A stretch of DNA of 64,000 nt from contig CAVPNQ010000090.1 of assembly GCA_963706735.1 (NCBI GenBank), positions 1,217 through 65,216 of the forward strand. The letters are read 5' to 3'. Below, piece by piece: positions 28,161 through 37,611 of this stretch. Numbering within the stretch: position 1 is the first letter of the stretch; each line of letters starts with the position of its first letter. The DNA comes from an uncultured Planctomycetia bacterium. Lineage in GTDB: Bacteria > Planctomycetota > MHYJ01 > WSZJ01. The notes under the pieces were generated by a model. The model saw only the letters and a program-made list of their open reading frames with translations, was not told where the DNA came from and searched no databases. The translations under genes were made by a program, and so were the position numbers.

Positions 28161-28312
28161 TTATCCGCGGACGTTTCCGCGCCATCGGCCTTGATCCGCG
28201 AATGTCCTTGTTTTCGCACGAAAGGAATTCGCGGATGACGGCGGATGACGCGGAAAGAGCCGCGGATAACGGCGTCCCGCCGACACTTCAGGCGTGATTA
28301 AGACTCTTAATC
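28161..28312. promoter_or_regulatory. Cluster of CGCGGAT repeats, a 15-bp hairpin and an AT-rich palindrome upstream of the ABC operon
   Basis: CGCGGAT or its complement occurs at 28163-28169(-), 28194-28200(-), 28230-28236(+) and 28261-28267(+), with variant GGCGGAT at 28240-28246. Perfect tandem GCGGATGACG x2 at 28231-28250. Hairpin ATCCGCGAAT-g-TCCTT / AAGGA-ATTCGCGGAT at 28194-28236. GATTAAG-ACT-CTTAATC at 28296-28312. Confidence 0.4.
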
Positions 28313-28396
28313 TCCCTGCGCCTCGCTTAACCCCCCAAGCGCCTTCAACTTGGGTCTTGCCCCGCCCGCCCGACACCGCTTCAATACCTCCTGCCG

Positions 28397-29383
28397 ATGA
28401 TTGAAGTCACCAACCTCGTCAAGCGCTACGCCGGCTTCACCGCCGTGGACAACATCACGTTCAAGGTGGAGAAGGGCGAGATCGTCGGCTTCCTCGGCAA
28501 GAACGGCGCGGGCAAGTCCACGACGATGAAGATGCTGTCGTGTTTCTTCCCGCCGACGTCGGGATCGGCGCGCGTGGCGGGGTTCGACTGCGTGAGCGAC
28601 TCGATGGAGGTGCGCCGCCGGATCGGCTACATGCCCGAGCGGGTGCCGCTGTACGAGGACATGCGCGTGGAGGAGTACCTCGACTACCGCGCCCGGCTCC
28701 GCGGCGTGGCACGGCGCGAGCGGGCGCACGCGGTCAACGAGGTCATCGCGACGATCGGGCTGAAGGACATGCGCCGCAAGCTGATCGGGTCGCTGTCGAA
28801 GGGCTACCGCCAGCGCACCGGGATGGCCGAGGCGATCGTTCACAAGCCGGAGCTGCTCATCCTCGACGAACCGACCGCCGGGCTCGACCCGGGGCAGATC
28901 CGCCAGGTGCGCGAAGTCGTGAAGGAACTCGGAAAGCGCACGACGCTTCTGCTCTCGACGCACATCCTGAGCGAAGTCGAGCTCACGGCGTCGCGCATCC
29001 TGCTGATTCACCGCGGGAGGATCGTCGCCAACGGCTCGCCAGGGTCCCTGGTCGGGGGCGCGCAGGCCATGCGGCGGATCCGCGCCGAGATCCGCGGGCC
29101 TGCGGCGATGGTGTCGGCGATGCTGAAGGGGCTTCCGGGCGTCACGGACATTTCGTTCGAGGAGGCGGGGGAGTGGAGCGTCTTCACGATCGACTCCGAC
29201 CCTGCGCAGGACCTGCGGGCGGACGCGGCGAAGTTCATCGTGGATAACGGGTGGGACCTGCGCGAGCTGCGCGAGGAGAAGATGACGCTCGAGGATCTGT
29301 TCGTGCAGATCACGAGGACGGACGAGGTCGTGTCCGCCGTGGCGAAACCGGCGCCGGCCGCGGCCGGGGAGGCGAAACCGTGA
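28397..29383 (+). CDS. ABC transporter ATP-binding protein (GldA-like, ABC-2 type)
   Basis: Walker A GKNGAGKST, signature LSKGYRQR, Walker B LLILDEPTAGLD. Confidence 0.9.
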   Translation: MIEVTNLVKRYAGFTAVDNITFKVEKGEIVGFLGKNGAGKSTTMKMLSCFFPPTSGSARVAGFDCVSDSMEVRRRIGYMPERVPLYEDMRVEEYLDYRARLRGVARRERAHAVNEVIATIGLKDMRRKLIGSLSKGYRQRTGMAEAIVHKPELLILDEPTAGLDPGQIRQVREVVKELGKRTTLLLSTHILSEVELTASRILLIHRGRIVANGSPGSLVGGAQAMRRIRAEIRGPAAMVSAMLKGLPGVTDISFEEAGEWSVFTIDSDPAQDLRADAAKFIVDNGWDLRELREEKMTLEDLFVQITRTDEVVSAVAKPAPAAAGEAKP

Positions 29384-30120
29384 CGAATCTCCCGGCCCTC
29401 ACCAAGCGCGAATTCACGGCCACCTTCTATTCGCCGATGGCCTACGTCATCGCGACGTTCTACCTGATCTTCGCCGGCCTCAGCTTCTACATCCTCCTCA
29501 AGGACCAGCGCGACGCGAACGCGATGCGCTCCCTCCTGACGTTCCTCGGGTTCATCCACACGATCTTCATCCCGATGGTCACGATGAGGCTGATCGCCGA
29601 GGAACGGAAGAGCGGCACGCTGGAGCTGCTCGTCACCGCGCCCGTTTCCGACACGGAAATCGCCATCTCGAAATTCCTCGGCGCGACGTTCTTCACCGCC
29701 CTCATGATCGCGCCGACGGTGCTCTACACGTACGTGCTCAAGCAGATCGGCGGGCGTCCGGACATCGGGATGATCGAGGCGTCGTACATCGGGTTGATGC
29801 TGCTCTCGATGGCCTACATCTCCATCGGCCTGTTCATCTCGTCGCTCACGGCCAACCAGATCGTCGCCGCCATCCTGACCTTCGTGACGCTGTTCACGTT
29901 TTACTTCCTCGTCGGCTTCCTGACCGGTTCCGCCGAGTCCCTGCCGTTCCACGACAAGATCCCGTGGCCCGACATCCTCGGCTACATGCATTTCGGCGCC
30001 CACCTCCAGTCGTTCGGCAAGGGGCTCGTCGATTCCCGCGACGTCGTCTACTTCCTGTCCGTCGTCGTCCTCGGCATCTTCCTCACCATCAAATCCCTCG
30101 AATCGAGGCGGTGGAGATGA
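29380..30120 (+). CDS. ABC-2 type permease (GldF-like)
   Basis: GTG 29380 overlaps the upstream stop (GTGA). VTNLPALTKREFTATFYSPMAYVIATFYLIFAGLSFY..., six hydrophobic segments, and the ERKSGTLELL motif typical of this permease family. Confidence 0.85.
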   Translation: MTNLPALTKREFTATFYSPMAYVIATFYLIFAGLSFYILLKDQRDANAMRSLLTFLGFIHTIFIPMVTMRLIAEERKSGTLELLVTAPVSDTEIAISKFLGATFFTALMIAPTVLYTYVLKQIGGRPDIGMIEASYIGLMLLSMAYISIGLFISSLTANQIVAAILTFVTLFTFYFLVGFLTGSAESLPFHDKIPWPDILGYMHFGAHLQSFGKGLVDSRDVVYFLSVVVLGIFLTIKSLESRRWR

Positions 30121-31682
30121 CCGCGCCCGCACCCAACCCGCAGTGGGGAACCAAGGCGCGCGTCGGCGTCGCTTCCGCGATCGGCCTCCAGCTCCTCCTC
30201 ATCGTCGGCATCATCGTCGCCGCCAACTGGATCTCTTCCCGCCGCTACCGCCGCTGGGACCTGACGGACGACGTGACCTACACGCCGGGAGAGAAGACCA
30301 AGCAGCTTCTCGCGAAGATCTCCGAGGGCGAAGCGAAGTACCAGATCGTCGCGTTCTACTTCCCGGACGAGTACGGGGCGTGGGAAGCGGCGCTGAAGCG
30401 GACTCAGGACCTGCTCGAGGAGTACCGGACGCGGTCGAGGGACAGGATCACGTTCGAAGTGGTCCCGGTGGCGAGCGTCGGAGGCGGCGGCGTCCAGGCC
30501 GCCCAGAAGAAATACGAAATCCGTTCGCAGATCGGCGCGAACGACGTGGTGTTCAAGCGCGGCGAGGCCGAGCGCGTCGTCAACCTCCGCGAGTTCTTCG
30601 GCCAGCGGTGGGACGACATGGGTCCGCGCGAGGCGCCGAAGCTCACGTCCTTCAACGGCGAAGCGATCGTGACGTCCACGCTCCAGGTGCTTTCGCAGGA
30701 GAAACCGATCATCCTGGCGTTCACGGCGGCGCACCAGGAGGCCTCGCCGGACGATGTCCAGGGACCGGGCGAGTGGGGAGCGTTCGTCCAGTCACTTCTC
30801 CGGCAGCGCGAGGGCTACACGATCCGCGTCCTGAGCCTGCCGCCCGGCGCCAGCGTGCCGATGGACGTGGACGTGCTGGTCATTGCAGGCCCGAAGCGCG
30901 ACTTCAACGAAGGCGAGATCACTTCGCTCTCGGTCTTCCTGAGCCGCGGAGGCCGCCTGCTCCTCACGCTGGATTCCGCGCCGGAAACCGGCGACAGGCC
31001 GCTTCCCAATATCTTCAAGTTCCTGGGTGGCCTGGGAATCCGGCCGCAGACGGACTTCGTGATGGACCCGGAGAATGCGCCGGAGCAGTTCGTGGCGGTG
31101 CCGGGCGGGGTGCAGCGCAAGAAGGATGCGGGGACGTTTTTCCTGTCGGGGTTCGACCGCAAGCACCCCGTGACGGCGAAGTTCGACGCGGACAAGCAGG
31201 TGGCGGTGAGCGGGTCGTGCTCGTTGCAGCTGGAGATCGACGCGGCGCCGGAGGGGGTGAAGCTGACGGAACTGGCGCGGTGCGGGAGCAACGGGTGGGG
31301 CGAGAAGGACTACCCGCGGAGCAAGGAGATGAACGCAGACCGTGACGAGCCGGGGCCGCTTTCGGTGGCGGCGGCGGCGAGCGGGCGGATGAAGGGCGGC
31401 TCGGGGGACGAGGATTTCCGCGTGGTGGTGATCGGCGACACGACAGGGCAGGCGAACGGGGTGCAGCCGGAGTTGAGGTCGCCGGACCTGGTGCTGAACT
31501 CGATCCGCTGGCTGGCGAAGCAGGAGTACCTGATCGCGGTGGACCCGAAGGTGCCCGAGGACCGATCGCTCATCCTGACGCAGGGCCAGGACCGCCGCGT
31601 CTTCAACGTCTGCGTGCTGCTTCTCCCCGCGCTCGCCATCGCGTTCGGCATCACGATGTTCCTGACGCGGAGGGCCGCATGA
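30117..31682 (+). CDS. GldG-like ABC-transport auxiliary protein
   Basis: ATG 30117 overlaps the upstream stop (ATGA). An N-terminal TM, then RRWDLTDDVTYTPGEKTKQLL..., and a C-terminal TM LLLPALAIAFGITMFL. Confidence 0.85.
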   Translation: MTAPAPNPQWGTKARVGVASAIGLQLLLIVGIIVAANWISSRRYRRWDLTDDVTYTPGEKTKQLLAKISEGEAKYQIVAFYFPDEYGAWEAALKRTQDLLEEYRTRSRDRITFEVVPVASVGGGGVQAAQKKYEIRSQIGANDVVFKRGEAERVVNLREFFGQRWDDMGPREAPKLTSFNGEAIVTSTLQVLSQEKPIILAFTAAHQEASPDDVQGPGEWGAFVQSLLRQREGYTIRVLSLPPGASVPMDVDVLVIAGPKRDFNEGEITSLSVFLSRGGRLLLTLDSAPETGDRPLPNIFKFLGGLGIRPQTDFVMDPENAPEQFVAVPGGVQRKKDAGTFFLSGFDRKHPVTAKFDADKQVAVSGSCSLQLEIDAAPEGVKLTELARCGSNGWGEKDYPRSKEMNADRDEPGPLSVAAAASGRMKGGSGDEDFRVVVIGDTTGQANGVQPELRSPDLVLNSIRWLAKQEYLIAVDPKVPEDRSLILTQGQDRRVFNVCVLLLPALAIAFGITMFLTRRAA

Positions 31683-33439
31683 AAGGGATGAAGCGGACCA
31701 CGCTGATCATGGTGGTCCTGGGGGCGGCGATCGGCGGGGTTGTCTGGTGGGAGATGAAGCGCGGGGACGAAGGAGACAGGAAAGACGCGGAGCCGGTGGA
31801 GCTGTTTCCGTTCATCGGCGAGGAAGTCGTGAAGGTCGAGATCCTCCGGCAGGGCAAGTTGCTCTCCGTCGAGAAGAAGGAAGCATCCTGGCACCTGACG
31901 TCGCCGCACACCTGGCCTGCCAGCACGATGGCGATGATGATCATGCTTCGCGGCGTAGATCCGGCGGAGAAGGGGAGTCCGGTCCCCGCGGGGAGCACGG
32001 CGCCCGCGCCCGCGGTTCACGGGCTGGACGAGCCCGAGATGACGGTCACGCTGACGGCGGGGGACGGGCGAAAGTCGGTCATTGCGTTCGGGAAGCCGCT
32101 CGGGGCAGGCGACCGCGTCTTCGCACGTCGTGCCGGCCAGACGGAGGTGTTGACGGTCTCGCGCATCATGTACGCCGCGTTCGCCCGCACGCCCGAATCG
32201 CTGCGCGACCCGGGATTTTGCCGCTTCGACTTCAAGTCGGTGAACTCGCTCTCGTGGACTTCCGAGGGCAAGACGGTCCGCGTCGCGCGGCAGGGGCGGG
32301 GTTGGAGACTCACCGGCACGGTGGATGATCTCGCCGACCCCGCGGCGCTCGAAGAGTGGGCGGGCCGGCTGAGCGGCGCGGTGACGGACACTTTCGCCGC
32401 GCGTCCGAAGCCCTCGCGCGCCGACTTCGGGCTGGACCCGCCCTTCGCCTCGTTCGAGATCGTCCTGGCGGGCCGGACGATCCGCATGTCGGTCGGCGCG
32501 CCCGTCGCCGAGGGCGACAAACGGCGCTGGGCCGACACGAGCGAGTACCCGGACGACATCGGCACGATCAGCGCCCAGGACCTTGAGATCCTCACTCCCG
32601 TACCCGGCGCTCTTCGCGCGACGAGAGCCCTTCCGTGGCCGCTGGCCGAAGTCGAGGCCATCACCGCCTCCGGAAACTCGCCGTACGAGGCGCGGAAAGA
32701 GGGGGGAACGTGGACGCTGGTCAAACCCGCGCTTCTGACCGGATTCGCACCCACCCGTGTCATGCTGCTTCTGAACGAACTCTCCGCGGCCACGGCGGCG
32801 ACCGCGCCAGCCGGCCCTGCGCCTGAGGGTGCAGTGAAACTCACCCTGCGATTCGGCTCGGGCGCCACCGCGGTCGAACAGACGGTCGAAATCTGGGCCG
32901 ACGGCACCGACTCCGTCCTCCGCACCACCGATCCCGAACGCGTCGTGCGCTCGTTCGGCAGGATCTGGGCCGATCACACCGCCGTGGGCGCCTACTTCTT
33001 CCGCGACCCCGTCGTTCCCACCGGGCTTGTGCCGCTTCAGGTGAAAAGCGTCTCGATCACGGACCGCAACGGGGTGAACTGGGTGGAAGCGGAGCTGGAC
33101 GGGCGTGCGTGGAAGCTGACGGCGCCCGTAGCGGGAGGGAAGCTGCTGGACAGCGACAAGATGGCGCGGCTGAACGCGCTGTGGGCGTCGATGGTGGCGG
33201 AGACCTGGGTGCCGGAAGGGAAGAGTTCGCCGGTGACGGGGCTGGCGGGGGCGCCGAGGTGGAAGGTGCGGATCATTCCGGACCCGGGGCGGGCCAGCAG
33301 CGCGGCGGAGCGGGTGTTTCTCGTGGGGAATGACGGTCCGGGGAACTCGATGTACGCGATGCTGGAGGGCACGGACGGTGTTTTTCTCGTCGATCCCGCC
33401 GCGGCGGGGATGCTGCGAGGCGGGGTCTGGAAGGAGTAA
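31679..33439 (+). CDS. DUF4340-like protein, the usual partner downstream of gldG-like genes
   Basis: ATG 31679 overlaps the upstream stop (ATGA). N-terminal TM TTLIMVVLGAAIGGVVWW, then repeated beta-rich modules (..V.I.R.G....V.K....W.LT.P..). Confidence 0.7.
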   Translation: MKGMKRTTLIMVVLGAAIGGVVWWEMKRGDEGDRKDAEPVELFPFIGEEVVKVEILRQGKLLSVEKKEASWHLTSPHTWPASTMAMMIMLRGVDPAEKGSPVPAGSTAPAPAVHGLDEPEMTVTLTAGDGRKSVIAFGKPLGAGDRVFARRAGQTEVLTVSRIMYAAFARTPESLRDPGFCRFDFKSVNSLSWTSEGKTVRVARQGRGWRLTGTVDDLADPAALEEWAGRLSGAVTDTFAARPKPSRADFGLDPPFASFEIVLAGRTIRMSVGAPVAEGDKRRWADTSEYPDDIGTISAQDLEILTPVPGALRATRALPWPLAEVEAITASGNSPYEARKEGGTWTLVKPALLTGFAPTRVMLLLNELSAATAATAPAGPAPEGAVKLTLRFGSGATAVEQTVEIWADGTDSVLRTTDPERVVRSFGRIWADHTAVGAYFFRDPVVPTGLVPLQVKSVSITDRNGVNWVEAELDGRAWKLTAPVAGGKLLDSDKMARLNALWASMVAETWVPEGKSSPVTGLAGAPRWKVRIIPDPGRASSAAERVFLVGNDGPGNSMYAMLEGTDGVFLVDPAAAGMLRGGVWKE

Positions 33440-33530
33440 TCCCCGGGATGGCGGGCTGAGGCACAATTGATGGCCAACAAGCCCCTTTCCCCCTAGAATT
33501 TTGAGCCTTCACCCACGCGAGGGACCGCCG

Positions 33531-34001
33531 ATGGACGTCGACGGGATCAAAAAGCTCATCTCGCTGATGAACGACAACGACCTCTGCGAGCTGGAAGTAG
33601 AAGAAGAGGGCCGGAAGGTACGGCTCCGGAAGCACGAGCAGCACGCCGCCCCGGGTGGCGTGATGGTTTCGATGCCCATGGGGATGGCCGCGCCGGGTTC
33701 AGCGGCCCCTGCTCCCGCCCCGGCGACAGGCCCTGCCGCCAAGCCGGCCAGGACCGACGTGTTCGAGCTCAAGTCTCCGCTCGTCGGCACGTTCTACCGC
33801 TCCGCCAAGCCCGGCTCACCCCCGTTCGTGGACATCAACGAGCGCGTCGGCGCCGAGAAGACGCTCTGCATCATCGAAGCCATGAAGGTCATGAACGAGA
33901 TCAAGGCCGAGATCGAGGGCGTCATCGAAGCGGTCCTGGTGAACAACGGCGAGGCGGTCGAGTTCAACCAGCCGCTCTTCCTCATCCGGAAGGACTCGTA
34001 G
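33531..34001 (+). CDS. accB: Acetyl-CoA carboxylase biotin carboxyl carrier protein
   Basis: MDVDGIKKLISLMNDNDLCELEVEE..., an Ala/Pro linker, and the biotinyl motif CIIEAMKVMNEI. GAGGGA lies 7 nt upstream of ATG 33531. Confidence 0.9.
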   Translation: MDVDGIKKLISLMNDNDLCELEVEEEGRKVRLRKHEQHAAPGGVMVSMPMGMAAPGSAAPAPAPATGPAAKPARTDVFELKSPLVGTFYRSAKPGSPPFVDINERVGAEKTLCIIEAMKVMNEIKAEIEGVIEAVLVNNGEAVEFNQPLFLIRKDS

Positions 34002-34005
34002 AGCG

Positions 34006-35349
34006 GTGTTCAACCGGATCCTGATCGCCAATCGCGGTGAGATCGCGCTTCGGGTCATCCGCGCCTGCCAGGACATGGGCATCGGCACGGTGTGCGTGTA
34101 CTCGGAGGCCGACAAGAACGCCGGGTACCTCAAGTACGCCGACGAGGCGATCTGCATCGGGCCGGGCCCCGCGGCGAAGTCTTACCTCGACATCAGCCGG
34201 ATCATCAGCGCCGCAGAGGTGTCCGACGTCGAGGCGATCCACCCCGGCTACGGGTTCCTCAGCGAAAACGCGCACTTCGCCGAGGTCTGCGCTTCCTGCA
34301 ACATCGAGTTCATCGGCCCGCCTCCCGAGGCGACCCGGATGCTGGGCAACAAGGCGCGCTGCCGCGAACTTGCGAAGAAGGCGGGCGTGCCGACGGTGAG
34401 CGGAAGCGAGATCATCGACAGCGAGGAGAAGGCGATCGCGGTGGCGCGGGAGGTCGGGTACCCGGTGATGGTCAAGGCCGCGGCCGGCGGCGGCGGGCGC
34501 GGGATGCGCATGGCCCACAACGACGTCAGCCTGGTGAGCGGCCTGATGAGCGCGCAGGCTGAAGCGGGCGCAGCGTTCGGCGACGCGTCGGTCTTCATCG
34601 AGAAGTACATCGAGAAGGCGCGGCACATCGAGATCCAGATCATCGGCGACAAGCACGGGAACATGGTGCACCTCGGGGAGCGCGACTGCTCGCTTCAGAG
34701 AAGGCACCAGAAGCTGGTCGAGGAGACGCCGAGCCCGGTGATCGGCTCCGCGCTGCGGATGGAGATGGGCGCGGCGGCGGTCAAGCTGGCGAAGGCGGCG
34801 GGGTACATGAACGCCGGGACCGTCGAGTTCCTGCTGGATACGCACGGAAAGTACTTCCTGATCGAGATGAACACGCGCATCCAGGTCGAGCACGGGATCA
34901 CCGAGCTGGTCACGGGGATCGACCTCGTTCGCGAGCAGATCCGGGTGGCGGCGGGGGAGAAGCTCTCGTTCCGCCAGGAGGACGTGCGCTGGAACGGCGT
35001 CGCGATCGAGTGCCGCATCAATGCCGAGGACCCGGACCACAATTTCCGCCCGTCGCCCGGCAAGATCACGAACTTCTTCGCGCCCGGCGGCCCCTGGGTG
35101 CGGTGGGACAGCCACGTCTACACCGGTTACGAGATTCCGCCGAATTACGACTCGATGGTGGGCAAGCTCATGGTCCACCGCCCCACGCGCCAGGAAGCCA
35201 TCACCTGCATGCGCCGCGCCCTCGAGGAAATCGTCGTGGAGGGCGTGAAGACGACCATCCCCCTCCACCTCGAGATCTTCGGCCACACGCACTTCATCCG
35301 CGGCCAGGTGGACACCACCTTCGTGGAAGGCTACTTCGCCAAGAAGTAG
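34006..35349 (+). CDS. accC: Acetyl-CoA carboxylase biotin carboxylase subunit
   Basis: VFNRILIANRGEIALRVIRAC...IHPGYGFLSENA.FA...GYPVMVKA.AGGGGRGMR...HIEIQI.GD.HGN..HL.ERDCS.QRR.QK..EE.P...EMN.RIQVEH. Confidence 0.95.
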   Translation: MFNRILIANRGEIALRVIRACQDMGIGTVCVYSEADKNAGYLKYADEAICIGPGPAAKSYLDISRIISAAEVSDVEAIHPGYGFLSENAHFAEVCASCNIEFIGPPPEATRMLGNKARCRELAKKAGVPTVSGSEIIDSEEKAIAVAREVGYPVMVKAAAGGGGRGMRMAHNDVSLVSGLMSAQAEAGAAFGDASVFIEKYIEKARHIEIQIIGDKHGNMVHLGERDCSLQRRHQKLVEETPSPVIGSALRMEMGAAAVKLAKAAGYMNAGTVEFLLDTHGKYFLIEMNTRIQVEHGITELVTGIDLVREQIRVAAGEKLSFRQEDVRWNGVAIECRINAEDPDHNFRPSPGKITNFFAPGGPWVRWDSHVYTGYEIPPNYDSMVGKLMVHRPTRQEAITCMRRALEEIVVEGVKTTIPLHLEIFGHTHFIRGQVDTTFVEGYFAKK

Positions 35350-35394
35350 CTTCGAGGGAAGGGCTCTTTTGCTTGACGGACGGTTTTCCCTTGG

Positions 35395-36093
35395 TTGCTC
35401 CCCGGGTCCTTGAATACACTGGAGCCTCACCCGAGGTCACCGAGGTCCGCAGCCGTGGAAAAGTTCCGCCTCCCCCTTCTTGCCCTGGACGGCCTCGTCG
35501 CCGTCGTGGCGGCAGCCGCCGCGCTGCTCTGGGCGGTCAACGTCCTGACCCCGGCGCATCTCGTGGTCGCCACGGAGTTCCTCTCCCCGCTCGGGCTCTG
35601 GCCTCGCGTCGCCGCCGTCGTCGTCGCGGTCTACCTCGTGCTCTTCAACGTGCTCTTCGTCACCGTCAACGTCATCTTCTCCAAGTACGCCACCCACCTC
35701 GAATTTGCCTCGAACGAGGGCCAGGTCTCGGTCGCCATCGGCGCCGTTGAAGACTCCCTCGCCCGCGCGGCCCGCGAAATCCGCGACATCGAGGACGTCC
35801 GCATCTCCGTCTACAAGGAACGCCAGAACCCCGCGAAGCCCGTCCGCGTGTTCGCTTCCTGCTCCACATGGGAAGGCGTCAGCCTCCCCGAACTCACCGA
35901 GAAGATCCGCTCGCTGCTCAAGCAGCGCATGAAGGACATCGCGGACCTCCCCGAGGCGCCGGTCTTCGACGTCCACATCCAGAAGATCCAGGAACGCGAG
36001 ACGCCGAAAGAGAAGCCGCCGTCCAAGAAGGACGCGAAAAAGGCGGCTGAGATGTTCCACGGGCCGGAATACCCCGTGGGAATGGACAACTAG
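35395..36093 (+). CDS. Hypothetical membrane protein with a possible Asp23/Gls24-like C-terminal region; start uncertain
   Basis: Two N-terminal TM segments, then VSVAIGAVEDSLARAAREIRDIEDVRISVYKE.... An alternative GTG start lies at 35455. The ORF follows accBC on the same strand. Confidence 0.55.
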   Translation: MLPGSLNTLEPHPRSPRSAAVEKFRLPLLALDGLVAVVAAAAALLWAVNVLTPAHLVVATEFLSPLGLWPRVAAVVVAVYLVLFNVLFVTVNVIFSKYATHLEFASNEGQVSVAIGAVEDSLARAAREIRDIEDVRISVYKERQNPAKPVRVFASCSTWEGVSLPELTEKIRSLLKQRMKDIADLPEAPVFDVHIQKIQERETPKEKPPSKKDAKKAAEMFHGPEYPVGMDN

Positions 36094-36111
36094 CGGGTCA
36101 TCAGCAGCCAC

Positions 36112-36145
36112 AAAAAAACCCGGGTTCGGTGAACCCGGGTTTTTT
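36112..36145. terminator. Bidirectional intrinsic terminator between convergent genes
   Basis: A7 (36112-36118), stem ACCCGGGTT (36118-36126) pairing with AACCCGGGT (36132-36140), then T6 (36140-36145). Confidence 0.85.
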
Positions 36146-36161
36146 CGTTTCCGCGGGCGGT

Positions 36162-36725
36162 TCATTCAAGGTTCGTGTGCCTCTTCGCCATCTCCTCGCG
36201 CTTCACGTGCAGCTTGTCCATCAGCTTCAGCACCGTGGCGTCGAGCACGATCAGCAGCGCCTGCTCGAAGAGCGACCGCTGCGGCTGGGCGCTGGCGAGG
36301 TCCTTCCGCAGCCGGGATGGCGCGGCCGGCGCCGGCAGGTGAAGCAGGATGTCGGCGGCGTCGCCAAAGCGCGTATCGGGATTGGCCGTGATGAGGACGA
36401 CCTTCGCCTCCACCTCCCGGGCGCTCAGCATCTTCTCCAGCGTCGTCCGCGTCTCGCCGCTTCCGCTGCACGCCACCATCAGGTCCTGCGGGCCGATGCG
36501 AGGGCAGGTGATCTCGCTCGACACGTGAACGCGAAGGCCGAGGTGCACGAGGCGCGAAGCGAACGCCCGGGCCATCAGCCCCGAGCGCCCCTCGCCCGCC
36601 ACGAACACGCGGTCGGCCGCGGCCACGGCGGCCGCCAGCCGGTCGATCAGGTCCTCGGGAACTTCCTTCAGGACCGCTTCGATCTCTCGGAGAATCTTCT
36701 GGGAGTGGGTGTTCACGGGGACCAT
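36162..36725 (-). CDS. hxlB: 6-phospho-3-hexuloisomerase-like SIS-domain protein
   Basis: Start ATG 36725 (MVPVNTH...). VFVAGEGRSGLMARAFASRLVHLG...MVACSGSGET...SLFEQALLIVLDATVLKLM...HTNLE closely parallels the HxlB pattern, including the C-terminal (H)(A/T)NLE. Confidence 0.85.
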   Translation of the reverse strand: MVPVNTHSQKILREIEAVLKEVPEDLIDRLAAAVAAADRVFVAGEGRSGLMARAFASRLVHLGLRVHVSSEITCPRIGPQDLMVACSGSGETRTTLEKMLSAREVEAKVVLITANPDTRFGDAADILLHLPAPAAPSRLRKDLASAQPQRSLFEQALLIVLDATVLKLMDKLHVKREEMAKRHTNLE

Positions 36726-36804
36726 TGAAGCGGAAGCGGCGGGAAATTCCAAACGGCGGATGCGGGAAGCGTGCCGGGGTGCGGGTTCCGGGCGATAATC
36801 GGCC

Positions 36805-37611
36805 ATGCGCTGTCCCCCCGAATTTCTCGCGGCCGCCGTGGAGGCGGCTCTCCTGGGCGGCCGCATCGTCCGCCGTGCCGGGCGCCGCGCTCATGCCGTG
36901 TCGTTCAAGGGCGCGACCGATCTCGTGACCGCGACGGACCGCGCTTCGGAGCGCGCGATCCAGCGCCACCTGGCGAAGCGCTTTCCGGATCACGGGTTCC
37001 TGGGGGAGGAAGGCGGGCGGCGCGAGGGGGCGGAGTACCGGTGGATCGTGGACCCGCTCGACGGGACGATGAACTTCGCGCACGGGATGCCGTACTACGA
37101 CGTCTCGGTGGCGCTGGAGCGGGGCGGGGAAGTCCTGGCGGGGGCGATCTACGACCCGGTGCTGGACGAGATGTACGCCGCGGCGCGCGGCCGCGGGGCG
37201 ACGAGGAACGGCAGGCGGATCCGGGTCTCCCGGCGCGCCCCGCTGTCCCAGACGCTGCTCGCCACCGGGTTCTCCAGCGCGCTTCTCGACTCCAGCAAGT
37301 CCACCCGCTCCGTGCGCCCCGAGGTCCGCGAGCAGTTCCGGCGCTTCAATGAGTTCTGCCTCAAGGCGCGCGGCGTGAGACGGCCCGGGGCGGCGGCACT
37401 GGACCTCGCCTACGTGGCCTGCGGAATTTTCGACGGTTTCTGGGAAGGGTCGCTCAAGGCGTGGGACGTGGCGGCGGGGTGGGTGATCGTGGAAGAGGCG
37501 GGCGGGGTGGTGACGGACTTCCGGGGAAAGAAACTGGACCTCTTCAATGGGGAGTTCGTCTGTTCAAACGGTCGGGTGCACGCGGAAATGCTCCGAGTGA
37601 TCCGGGGTTAA
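36805..37611 (+). CDS. Inositol monophosphatase family protein (SuhB/IMPase-like)
   Basis: DLVTATDRASE..., FLGEE, WIVDPLDGTMNF, and WDVAAG..IVEEAGG. Confidence 0.85.
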   Translation: MRCPPEFLAAAVEAALLGGRIVRRAGRRAHAVSFKGATDLVTATDRASERAIQRHLAKRFPDHGFLGEEGGRREGAEYRWIVDPLDGTMNFAHGMPYYDVSVALERGGEVLAGAIYDPVLDEMYAAARGRGATRNGRRIRVSRRAPLSQTLLATGFSSALLDSSKSTRSVRPEVREQFRRFNEFCLKARGVRRPGAAALDLAYVACGIFDGFWEGSLKAWDVAAGWVIVEEAGGVVTDFRGKKLDLFNGEFVCSNGRVHAEMLRVIRG

